A stretch of 64,000 bases of DNA from Bacilli bacterium (GCA_045597865.1 JAZLKX010000052.1:43017-107016), one strand, 5' to 3'. Counted from the first letter of the stretch, positions 35,617 to 43,960 are shown. The notes: generated from the sequence alone by a model not told the origin. Program-made: numbers and translations.

Positions 35617-36090
35617 ATGCCTAACTATTTCACCCCTGCCCTCTATCTGATCCGCGGTGTTGCGGGTTCCGGCAAGACAACTTATGCAAAGAATCATTTG
35701 ATTCCTATCCTGCAGAAAGAAACCGGTATTGTACCGATTCCGCACTTTGAAGCAGATGACTTCTGGATGAGACGACAGCCGGATGGTTCGCTTAAGTATG
35801 TGTTTGAACCTGCTAAACTGGGTTTGGCTCATAAGACCTGCCTTGACAATATGAAGGCTGCATTCAACAGCGCAGATTTTCATACGGTAGTTGTTGTTTC
35901 AAACACTTTCACGACTGAAAAGGAAATGAAGCCTTACATTGAGTTTGCTGAACAGAACGGTATTGAGGTAAACGTCATTCGTATGAATACTTGGTACGGT
36001 TCAATTCACGATGTTCCTGCCGATGTCATTGACAATATGCGTAAGCGCCTGGAAGCAAATCCATATCCTTATGAAACTGTGATTGGATAA
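35617..36090 (+). CDS. P-loop polynucleotide-kinase-like protein
   Basis: LIRGVAGSGKTTYAKN Walker A. Small AAA_33/Pnk-like size (157 aa). First gene of the RNA-repair cassette. Confidence 0.6.
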   Translation: MPNYFTPALYLIRGVAGSGKTTYAKNHLIPILQKETGIVPIPHFEADDFWMRRQPDGSLKYVFEPAKLGLAHKTCLDNMKAAFNSADFHTVVVVSNTFTTEKEMKPYIEFAEQNGIEVNVIRMNTWYGSIHDVPADVIDNMRKRLEANPYPYETVIG

Positions 36091-36150
36091 ATTAAAACAG
36101 GCGAAGCAAAACAACATTTTAGCGCAGCGCATTGCTGCATAAGGATTTTT

Positions 36151-36927
36151 ATGTCAAACCATATTGTGATACCTGACGACAAAGAACTGTATTTTGTTTC
36201 TGACTTCCATTTTTGCCATCATAAGCTCTGCCGAGGCTATGAAGACTCGTTCAACATGCCTCGTAACTTTGAAACGACAGATGAGATGAATGAAGCCATC
36301 GTCAAGTCAATGCAATTAGGTCCTAATGCAGTTGTTGTGTTCTTGGGCGACTTTTGTATGAATGTGCCTGGGTCAGAAATGCGTGATACTTTTTATAAGT
36401 TCATTGACCAGTTCAAAGTTGACAAGATGTTGATGATTTTTGGAAATCATGACCATGTGTTGAAGAAGAAACTATGCGATGACAACATTGAGTTCTATTC
36501 ATACACGGTTATTGAACATCGTGGCAAGACATATTTCTGTCAGCACCGTGACTTTAATGAAAATCCATACTTCCTGAAACACGAAGGTGCGGAATTTCTT
36601 AACGCTATTCCTGAAAACTGTCTATATCTTGTACACGGACATACACATTCACCGATCTTCTTGTCTAAAGTTGATAAATGGACGCAGAACTGCGTTTGCT
36701 TTGATGTTGCCAATCGTCCTATCGCCGCAGACGAACTTGTTCCGTACGATATGGACATTAATGCAGACATTGATTTGGCTCCGGAGCTTACTCAGTACTA
36801 TGAGAATATCGCTGAAGAGTGTGGAACTTCATTGGAACAGCTGATTGATGACAGCATTCATCATGCGATGTCACACAATGAAGTGCTTCAGGAAATCAAC
36901 TATGCACTAAACAACTTAACCAAATAA
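36151..36927 (+). CDS. Calcineurin-type metallophosphoesterase 1
   Basis: Motifs SDFHF, GDF, GNHD, GHTH. Confidence 0.75.
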   Translation: MSNHIVIPDDKELYFVSDFHFCHHKLCRGYEDSFNMPRNFETTDEMNEAIVKSMQLGPNAVVVFLGDFCMNVPGSEMRDTFYKFIDQFKVDKMLMIFGNHDHVLKKKLCDDNIEFYSYTVIEHRGKTYFCQHRDFNENPYFLKHEGAEFLNAIPENCLYLVHGHTHSPIFLSKVDKWTQNCVCFDVANRPIAADELVPYDMDINADIDLAPELTQYYENIAEECGTSLEQLIDDSIHHAMSHNEVLQEINYALNNLTK

Positions 36928-36934
36928 ATAATAC

Positions 36935-37072
36935 ATGAGAAAGCTATACGAAACCCTTTGCCGTCTTATTGACGAAGATCCTATAGTTATCATGCTATAT
37001 GGTCTTGAGGGTCTCGTTGTTTTGACCGGCTTAGGTCTTGTGGCTCTCATCGCCAAAGTAATGTTACTTTAG
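36935..37072 (+). CDS. Micro membrane protein (45 aa)
   Basis: One TM segment; ends in TAG; below the track cutoff. Confidence 0.35.
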   Translation: MRKLYETLCRLIDEDPIVIMLYGLEGLVVLTGLGLVALIAKVMLL

Positions 37073-37080
37073 GAAGTAAT

Positions 37081-37239
37081 ATGTCAATACTGATGGGCAT
37101 CTTATTTATCTTAATAGGTCAGATTATGTGGATGGTAAATGCACCCGTTGCATGCGTCATTCTTGAGACTTTGCTCGGTCTTATGTGCTTGACCTATTCT
37201 ACCATTGAACATTTTTCAAACAAGAAGGATCCAAAATGA
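37081..37239 (+). CDS. Micro membrane protein (52 aa)
   Basis: Two hydrophobic segments; the stop overlaps the next ATG (ATGA). Confidence 0.4.
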   Translation: MSILMGILFILIGQIMWMVNAPVACVILETLLGLMCLTYSTIEHFSNKKDPK

Positions 37240-38099
37240 AAACTGGATATGTACTTTCGGATGTCCATGTAGATTTTCTTTACAGGGGCAATAACCCGGA
37301 ACATACTTATGAAGAATTTGCTGCACTTGCTGACAAATGGCTTGTTGGGTTGAACTTGCCGCCTACATACGCACTTATCGTTGCTGGCGACATCTCAAAC
37401 GACTTTCAGACATTCACTTACTTCTGTCAGTGGATTTCTGGTAAGTATTCAAAGACTTACATTGTGCCTGGAAACCATGATATGGTTGTGAGAGGCTCAA
37501 CGCCGTCTACCTCTAATCAGCAGTTTCAGACTTCCTTTGACAGAATTGAAGCTATGAAGAAGGAATGCGCCAAGTATGATAATGTTGTCCTGCTTGATGG
37601 TGACATTATTGATGGAATCGGCGGAACCATGGGTATGTGCGATTTTGAATATCGCCCAAGCATTACGCTGAACTATCCGTTGTTCTGGAAGATGCATTGG
37701 TTTGATGGCAAGCACTGGAGACTTGATGGCACTGAACCTTTGGAATACTGGAAGCAGCAGCAGGCTAAGATGCACGCCATCATTGATAAGCAGCCAAAGG
37801 TTGTGATGACGCATTTTGCGCCTGTTCAGGTTGGCGTTCCGTTTGAATATCGGAATGATAACTGCTCTTGCTTCTTCTATTTCAACGGTGAGGAATTCTT
37901 GGAAAGAATGCCGAATGATTCCTATTGGATCTGCGGTCATACCCATGATTTCCATGCAGTAGATTATACCTGCAAGAATGGCAATGTTGTGCACATTCTT
38001 TGTAACCCACATGGCTATCCTGGTGAACAGGACTATAATTGGTATGATCCTACCGCAGGTTACAAGAAAGAAAATTTCATCATTCCATTGCCAGAATAG
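37236..38099 (+). CDS. Calcineurin-type metallophosphoesterase 2
   Basis: Motifs SDVHVD, AGDISND, PGNHD, THF, GHTHD. Confidence 0.75.
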   Translation: MKTGYVLSDVHVDFLYRGNNPEHTYEEFAALADKWLVGLNLPPTYALIVAGDISNDFQTFTYFCQWISGKYSKTYIVPGNHDMVVRGSTPSTSNQQFQTSFDRIEAMKKECAKYDNVVLLDGDIIDGIGGTMGMCDFEYRPSITLNYPLFWKMHWFDGKHWRLDGTEPLEYWKQQQAKMHAIIDKQPKVVMTHFAPVQVGVPFEYRNDNCSCFFYFNGEEFLERMPNDSYWICGHTHDFHAVDYTCKNGNVVHILCNPHGYPGEQDYNWYDPTAGYKKENFIIPLPE

Positions 38100-38143
38100 T
38101 TAAAAGTTGTTATTTTAAAAACACAATTCAACAAGGAGATAAC

Positions 38144-38464
38144 ATGAGCCGTTCTCGTAAGAAACCTCTTCCTGGTACAAAAGAAACTTTCCGCGTCGGT
38201 ATTGCATATTGTGATGACTGGACTATGGGTAAGTGGAAGCGCAGATACAACCGTGATATGCGCCGCAAGAATCACCAGCTTGAAAATGTTATCTCCAAAC
38301 TTGATGAAGATTCCATTGAGGACGATGAAAGCGTTTGGATGAATGATCCGAATGATTTGCCGTCCGGTGTCGGTGATTTGTGGCTGTCACCTTGTGATGG
38401 ATATTTGCTGTTTGACGCATCTGTCCGACGGAACGGCAAAACTTATCAGCTTGCTATGAAATAA
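38144..38464 (+). CDS. Hypothetical basic protein
   Basis: ORF track; SD aaggag. Confidence 0.55.
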   Translation: MSRSRKKPLPGTKETFRVGIAYCDDWTMGKWKRRYNRDMRRKNHQLENVISKLDEDSIEDDESVWMNDPNDLPSGVGDLWLSPCDGYLLFDASVRRNGKTYQLAMK

Positions 38465-38466
38465 AT

Positions 38467-38697
38467 ATGGGACCAACTGAACGAACATTAATGATGGCGC
38501 AGTATGCAGGCAATGGCCAGGTATTACTTGACTCTGCAGGCATGCTTTTTGTTTTAGCAGGCTTGTCATTTCTGTGCTGTTTAATTGTTGTGGCAATTTG
38601 CTTATGTGCCGTGAATGAATTTGTGGATTGGTATAACAAAAAGAAACTGAAGAAAGAATTTGAAGAGGAAGAAGATGACATACACACCAAAACTTGA
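38467..38697 (+). CDS. Small membrane protein
   Basis: Central TM segment and an acidic tail. Confidence 0.5.
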   Translation: MGPTERTLMMAQYAGNGQVLLDSAGMLFVLAGLSFLCCLIVVAICLCAVNEFVDWYNKKKLKKEFEEEEDDIHTKT

Positions 38698-39838
38698 AGA
38701 CTATATGAAGGCACTTGAAGAAAACCGTGTCTTTGCTTGTGAAGATGAGCATTACATTGGTTTCAAGTACAATGCGCCTACTGTCATTTTCCATTATTGG
38801 GACGATGTAACCTTGAACGCCCGTGGAATTGTCTTTGACAAAGCTACTGGTGAAATTGTGGCTCGTCCTTTCTATAAGTTCTTTAACTACGAGGAACTTA
38901 TCAACGGTGCCGGTGCAAGAACTGACATTCTTGATAAGATGGAAGCTTGTGGTTTTAAATTTGACCGCACTGAATCCTTCCGCGTAATGGACAAACTTGA
39001 CGGATCTTTAGGAATTATGTTTTACGATAAGTATGCAGGTTCTTGGAGAGTAAAGACAGGCGGAGCTTTTAGCTCAAATCAAGCAGCGTGGGCAAATGAA
39101 TGGGCAAAGAAGAACATTACTTCTGGCCTTGACACTTCGCTTACTTACTGCTATGAAATCATCTATGACGCAGATATTCACCCAATCTCGTATGACTTTG
39201 AGGGCATGGTTCTATTAGGAGCCATTGATACTGCAACAGGTGAGGAAGTATCTTTAGAGCAGCTTCGTCAAATTGCCGTTGAGCAAAAAGTAAGACTTGC
39301 TGACATCATTGAGTTCAAATCATTTGATGAAGCAATCTCTTATGCAAAGAACCTTTCTAAAACAAAGGAAGGTGTTGTGGTGACATTTAAGAACGGTTTC
39401 AAGGTAAAGATCAAGGGTCATGAATTCTTGGCTTTGCAGAAACAGTTCCATGCTATCACAAAAGAAATGATCTGGGAGAACTATGATTGTGAAAACTGGC
39501 TACACCCATACACAGCAGAATTCTTAGCATCTATTCCTGAAGAAATGAAGGAAATGCATGATTATGCTGAAGAGCTTGACAAGAAGATTTCAGAAGCAAC
39601 CTATGTTGCACGAAGCACCGCTTATCGTGTGTACAAAATGATTAAAGATGCAAACTTACAGCGCCGTGATGCGTTTGAGTTGATTACATCTTGCTTTGCG
39701 AAATTCAATCCAAAGCTGGTTGGTCCAGCTATGAAGGTATATTCATTGTTGGAACAGGGTAAGACTGACCGTGACATCAGCTCACCTGAATGTGTATCTT
39801 CTATTGTCAAGTTAGTTCACCGATTATTCAAACCTTAA
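38675..39838 (+). CDS. RNA ligase, T4 Rnl1-like
   Basis: RPFYKFFNYEE, motif I MDKLDGSLG, motif IV EGVVVTF, motif V FKVKIKG. Confidence 0.75.
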   Translation: MTYTPKLEDYMKALEENRVFACEDEHYIGFKYNAPTVIFHYWDDVTLNARGIVFDKATGEIVARPFYKFFNYEELINGAGARTDILDKMEACGFKFDRTESFRVMDKLDGSLGIMFYDKYAGSWRVKTGGAFSSNQAAWANEWAKKNITSGLDTSLTYCYEIIYDADIHPISYDFEGMVLLGAIDTATGEEVSLEQLRQIAVEQKVRLADIIEFKSFDEAISYAKNLSKTKEGVVVTFKNGFKVKIKGHEFLALQKQFHAITKEMIWENYDCENWLHPYTAEFLASIPEEMKEMHDYAEELDKKISEATYVARSTAYRVYKMIKDANLQRRDAFELITSCFAKFNPKLVGPAMKVYSLLEQGKTDRDISSPECVSSIVKLVHRLFKP

Positions 39839-39848
39839 GGAGGAATCA

Positions 39849-40142
39849 ATGGCAAGTCCATTTGGTGACTACTATAAGTTAGTCAGAGCTGCATTTAAGG
39901 AATATGCTGCAGGTCCAGAACCGGGCCTTACTGCATCCTTTAATGAAAACGAAGATACACTCACGCTTCATCTTTCAGTAAAAGATGGCGATGAAGAACT
40001 TCAGTATTTTTACATCTGGGGCAACAACCCGTTGACTCTTATGTATAAAGGTGATACGAAGATCTTTACTGCTTCACATGAACAGATGTTTGACAAAATT
40101 GCATACATCGCACATGATTGGAAACGTACAAAGAAAATCTAA
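39849..40142 (+). CDS. Hypothetical protein
   Basis: ORF track; SD aaggagg. Confidence 0.55.
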   Translation: MASPFGDYYKLVRAAFKEYAAGPEPGLTASFNENEDTLTLHLSVKDGDEELQYFYIWGNNPLTLMYKGDTKIFTASHEQMFDKIAYIAHDWKRTKKI

Positions 40143-40735
40143 TGAAAAGACTAATCGCAATCTTATTGGCGGTATGTACTTTATCTTTTGCCGGCTATGG
40201 TGATTACAGCTATGACAGCGGTATCTCCAACGCTGGCATTATTGCTATTCAAACAGCAAGTGAAGACATACTTGAAACGCAAAAGAACATAACCTTCCCT
40301 GAAGCAAATTACATTGCCCGTTTGGTTTATGATGAAACCTACGCATCACCTTTGGAATTTTCCTATGTGATGGCGATTATCAAAACCGAATCACGATTTA
40401 ATGTAAATGCAAAATCATATTGCGGCGCGATGGGTCTTATGCAGATCATGCCTAAAACATTTGAGGCAGTAGCTAAGAAAAATGGCTTGCCTTATACACG
40501 ACATGATGCGTATGATCCTAAGAAGAACATTCAGATCGGCGTACTGTATTTAGAATCTCTCTATGAAAGGTATGCTCATCTTGATTATGTATCTGCCGGC
40601 TATAATGGCGGGCCGGGTGCTGCGAACAAATATGTGAAGGGAAAGTTTTATCACATGCCTAAGCAAACACAAAATTATGTTATGAAGGTTCGCCAATATC
40701 ATAACGAATACAGAACTCTTATAGGAGACATTTAA
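40142..40735 (+). CDS. Secreted lytic transglycosylase (SLT domain), endolysin candidate
   Basis: Signal/lipobox-like MKRLIAILLAVCTLSFAG. Catalytic region IKTESRFN ... GAMGLMQIMP. Confidence 0.75.
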   Translation: MKRLIAILLAVCTLSFAGYGDYSYDSGISNAGIIAIQTASEDILETQKNITFPEANYIARLVYDETYASPLEFSYVMAIIKTESRFNVNAKSYCGAMGLMQIMPKTFEAVAKKNGLPYTRHDAYDPKKNIQIGVLYLESLYERYAHLDYVSAGYNGGPGAANKYVKGKFYHMPKQTQNYVMKVRQYHNEYRTLIGDI

Positions 40736-40736
40736 A

Positions 40737-41039
40737 ATGATTTATGGATTGATTATCACACTTATGCTTCTTGCTTTACTTGTAACCACATACAAGTGGC
40801 TCACAACACGTGATGAGAAAACATTCTATTCAATTAACCAGGAAGGCGATGCAAACGGTAATACGATTTACAAGCTTTACATCGTAACAGAAAGTGGTGG
40901 CCGTCAGTACATTGGTAAGTTTGATAATGTTGAAACGGCTAAGGCTAAAATTACTGCTTTGAAGGAAAAAGCTGCCAAAGAAGCAGAAGCACTTCTTAAG
41001 TCTACTATTAAGACTGAGGTGTACCGCGAGGATATGTAA
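40737..41039 (+). CDS. N-terminally anchored membrane protein (holin/spanin-type candidate)
   Basis: One TM segment, then a charged coiled region; 1 nt after the SLT gene. Confidence 0.45.
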   Translation: MIYGLIITLMLLALLVTTYKWLTTRDEKTFYSINQEGDANGNTIYKLYIVTESGGRQYIGKFDNVETAKAKITALKEKAAKEAEALLKSTIKTEVYREDM

Positions 41040-41357
41040 ATGACGAAGGCATATTTGAAGGTCAACAAAACATTGCCCGGCAACAAGCAGCTGGAAATTT
41101 CAGAAGTTGCTGGACCTTTGTTTTCCGTTGCCTACCGGCAGGTTCTTGAGAATAGCACATCAGATATCCATTTTGATTATGTTATCTTGAATGTCGGCGG
41201 AACCGATTATGACCTTTCCAAATGTACTTTGGTAGAATTAACTAATGGAAATAATGGAAAAATTGTGTTGCATAACAATTTTGGAAACATATCGTGTGAT
41301 GGCACACAGATTAGTCCTTCCGAACTTGTTAAGAAACTACACGAAGAATGCTTTTAG
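41040..41357 (+). CDS. Hypothetical protein
   Basis: TAAATG junction. Confidence 0.5.
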   Translation: MTKAYLKVNKTLPGNKQLEISEVAGPLFSVAYRQVLENSTSDIHFDYVILNVGGTDYDLSKCTLVELTNGNNGKIVLHNNFGNISCDGTQISPSELVKKLHEECF

Positions 41358-41389
41358 ATTATTCCTGCTGTAAATTGCCTTGATTGGGG

Positions 41390-41450
41390 TTTACAGTAGG
41401 GTTAAAAGTTGTTATATTTTACTCGTAATCAAAAACAACAAACAAAAATA
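41390..41450 (+). promoter_or_regulatory. Class-I promoter P7 plus leader
   Basis: TTTACAG-N16-TATATTTTACTCGTAATCAAAAACAACAAAC. The -35 element lies in the 3' arm of hairpin cctgctgtaaa/tttacagtagg. Confidence 0.7.
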
Positions 41451-41501
41451 AATTACTACTGCAGCGATATTTGCGCTGATGTAACACAACTTGAGGGCAC
41501 T

Positions 41502-42218
41502 ATGGCAAAAGAACTCGACCACGGCTTTGTTTATCTCATCACCAACGGCGATTTTGAAAGGCTCGGAAGTTACAAGATTGGAAAGACTGTTTCAGTTGAA
41601 CAGCGTCTTGCTAACTTTAATTCCTCAACGGAATCTTTGCCGGATTGGCGAGCCATCGCTTACATTGAAACCGACCAGCAGAGTTTGCTTGAAAGCACGC
41701 TGCACTTGATTTTTAAAGAACATCGTCGTTCTTCTCGTCGTGAACTGTTTGACTTTGCTGAAGACCGCGATGATGGATTCTGTCTTGATGAAGTATTGGA
41801 CATCTTTGAACGTCAGGCGGAACTTATTGGCGGAACCTTTACTTTGGCTGAAACGCCAACTGAAAAGGAAACAACCGTTCGTACATGCAACCAGCCGAAG
41901 AATAAGTTTAGCTTTAAGGCACTTGTTGGCCTTCGCGATGGCGATGAACTTATTTGGGATGTTGGCGATGGTGTTCATTCCCAGAAATTTTACGTATCAT
42001 CTGTACACAAGATGGGTAATACTTATCTTGTCACTGATCCGAATGATGTAAACTCAACGGATCCTGCGGTTTACCGATCCCTAAGTTCCATGGGATTATG
42101 GCTCAGTAATGCTTTCCCGGGCTTAGACCGAGAACAGTATTGGGACCGTTCAAACTGGTATTTCGGTGGAAAATCCTTCAAGGATTATTTTGACGAATAC
42201 CTCCAAAACTTAACTTAA
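41502..42218 (+). CDS. T5orf172 / GIY-YIG-superfamily domain protein
   Basis: GFVYLITNGDFERLGSYKIGKT....R...FN pattern. It has its own promoter. Confidence 0.6.
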   Translation: MAKELDHGFVYLITNGDFERLGSYKIGKTVSVEQRLANFNSSTESLPDWRAIAYIETDQQSLLESTLHLIFKEHRRSSRRELFDFAEDRDDGFCLDEVLDIFERQAELIGGTFTLAETPTEKETTVRTCNQPKNKFSFKALVGLRDGDELIWDVGDGVHSQKFYVSSVHKMGNTYLVTDPNDVNSTDPAVYRSLSSMGLWLSNAFPGLDREQYWDRSNWYFGGKSFKDYFDEYLQNLT

Positions 42219-42234
42219 ACAAGGACAATACACA

Positions 42235-43518
42235 ATGTCAAATGGTAAAATCACTGTAGGCGCATTCCTCGCCACTCTTATCACTATCATCGCCATCTTC
42301 ATCTGTGCCAAGTGCATTGATGAAAATGACGCAACCCACATTCTTGTCAAGCAGAGCTGGCCGTCTGGCGAACTCTCTTGCGTGGACCACCCAGGTATGT
42401 TCTGGTCTGGCTTCTCAACAATTTACCGTTATGAACGAGCACGAACCTTCTACTTCAACTCCTCTACGGAAAAGGTAAAGGGTAAGGCTTGGGAAGGCGA
42501 TGATACTGATGAAGACAACGTCAAGGTAACTCTATCAAGAAATGCTAAGGCGGAAATCGCAGGCGTTATTAAATACCAGATTCCAACAAACTGCGATGAA
42601 CTTATCAGACTACATACTGACTGGCATTCAGATGATAAGGTTAAACATGACCTTGTAAGAAATGCTACTGTTGCTGCTGTTAAGAAGACCGCACCTGTAT
42701 TTACTGCTGAAGAAGCAAAGGTTACAAAGATTGCTGAGTTCCGAAGACTTGTTGAAGACCAGCTTGTTGAAGGTGAATACATGACGGTAACTGAAGACCG
42801 CGATGAAAAGGTTACTGATGATGAATACGCTCCTGATGGAAAGTTGATTAAGAAAGGCGAAGTTCAGAAGTATACTGTTACTAAGCTAAAGCTTGATACT
42901 TTGGGTCAGCGCATTATCATTAAGCCGTCTAACTTGACGAAGTACGGAATTAAGATTCTTACTTGCGATGTTCAAGATGTAACCCTTGACCAGAAGACAC
43001 AGGCACAGCTGGATATTATCCGCGACCGTGAAATGAAGCGAGTGGAAAATGCGACAAAGGCAGAAACTGCTAAGCAGGCCGCTATCACTGCGAATGAAGA
43101 AGGTAAGGCAAGGGTAGCCGCTGAAAAGGCTGAACAGGAAGTTGCAAAGATCCGAGCTGTTGTTCAGGCGGAAAAAGAAAAGGAAGTTGCGGAACTTGAA
43201 GCTAAGAAGGAATTTGAAGTTGCCAAATTTGCTGCGCTAACTGCTCAGGAAGAAGCAAAGAAGATTAAAGCACAGGGTGAAGCTGAAGCTGCCGCAAACC
43301 GTGCTAAGGTATTGGCTGGCCTTACACCCCAAGAAAAAGCCGAATGGGAATACAAAACTCGTGTAGGCATTGCGGAAGCTATTGCTAAATCTTCTCAGCC
43401 GATCGTGCCTGAAATCATGATGGTTGGCGGCGATAGCAAGAGTGGCGGAAGTAATACCGCAATGGACGCCGTTGGATTGAACATGCTTATGGACATCACA
43501 CAGAAGATGGCTAAGTAA
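42235..43518 (+). CDS. SPFH (band-7 / flotillin-like) membrane protein
   Basis: N-terminal TM segment, SPFH-sized core, and a long A/E/K-rich coiled coil AEKAEQEVAKIRAVVQAEKEKEVAELEAKKEFEVAKF. Confidence 0.65.
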   Translation: MSNGKITVGAFLATLITIIAIFICAKCIDENDATHILVKQSWPSGELSCVDHPGMFWSGFSTIYRYERARTFYFNSSTEKVKGKAWEGDDTDEDNVKVTLSRNAKAEIAGVIKYQIPTNCDELIRLHTDWHSDDKVKHDLVRNATVAAVKKTAPVFTAEEAKVTKIAEFRRLVEDQLVEGEYMTVTEDRDEKVTDDEYAPDGKLIKKGEVQKYTVTKLKLDTLGQRIIIKPSNLTKYGIKILTCDVQDVTLDQKTQAQLDIIRDREMKRVENATKAETAKQAAITANEEGKARVAAEKAEQEVAKIRAVVQAEKEKEVAELEAKKEFEVAKFAALTAQEEAKKIKAQGEAEAAANRAKVLAGLTPQEKAEWEYKTRVGIAEAIAKSSQPIVPEIMMVGGDSKSGGSNTAMDAVGLNMLMDITQKMAK

Positions 43519-43533
43519 ATCCATTGAAACTAT

Positions 43534-43562
43534 AAGGCGGCTCTTAGGGGTCGCCTTTTTAT
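43534..43562 (+). terminator. Rho-independent terminator
   Basis: aaggcggc / gtcgcctt stem (one G-U pair) plus ttttt. Confidence 0.55.
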
Positions 43563-43717
43563 ACTTTCAAAAAAGGAATCGTAAATAAGCGGTTTCTTTT
43601 CCGGAGGTATGAAAGATGTTTATGCTTTTACCAGTTGTAATGTTTATAACCGTTGTTGCTACTTGTGTTGCGACAAATAACTAGGGAAACGCAATATAAA
43701 ATTAAAGAGGAATGTAA

Positions 43718-43960
43718 ATGACGTTCAAAGACATCGCGTTAAATGAACTTGCTGCAACAATTAAGCGACAGGAAATCATTATTAAGAACTGCACAGATCC
43801 TGAAGAACGGTTTGTTGCATTAAACATCGCGGAAAACCTTAAGTAGATTAAAGCACAACTGGTTGAATATGTAAAGACACCAGCATTCGCACAAGCCGTA
43901 AAAATGTATCAAGATTCTCTCGCGGCTGAAACTGAGGAGGAAACTAAAGATGACAAATAA
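43718..43960 (+). CDS. Small helical protein (80 codons) with an in-frame TAG at 43844-43846
   Basis: ATG lies after agagg. The frame is open on both sides of the TAG and ends at a TAA overlapping the next start by 11 nt. Confidence 0.45.
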
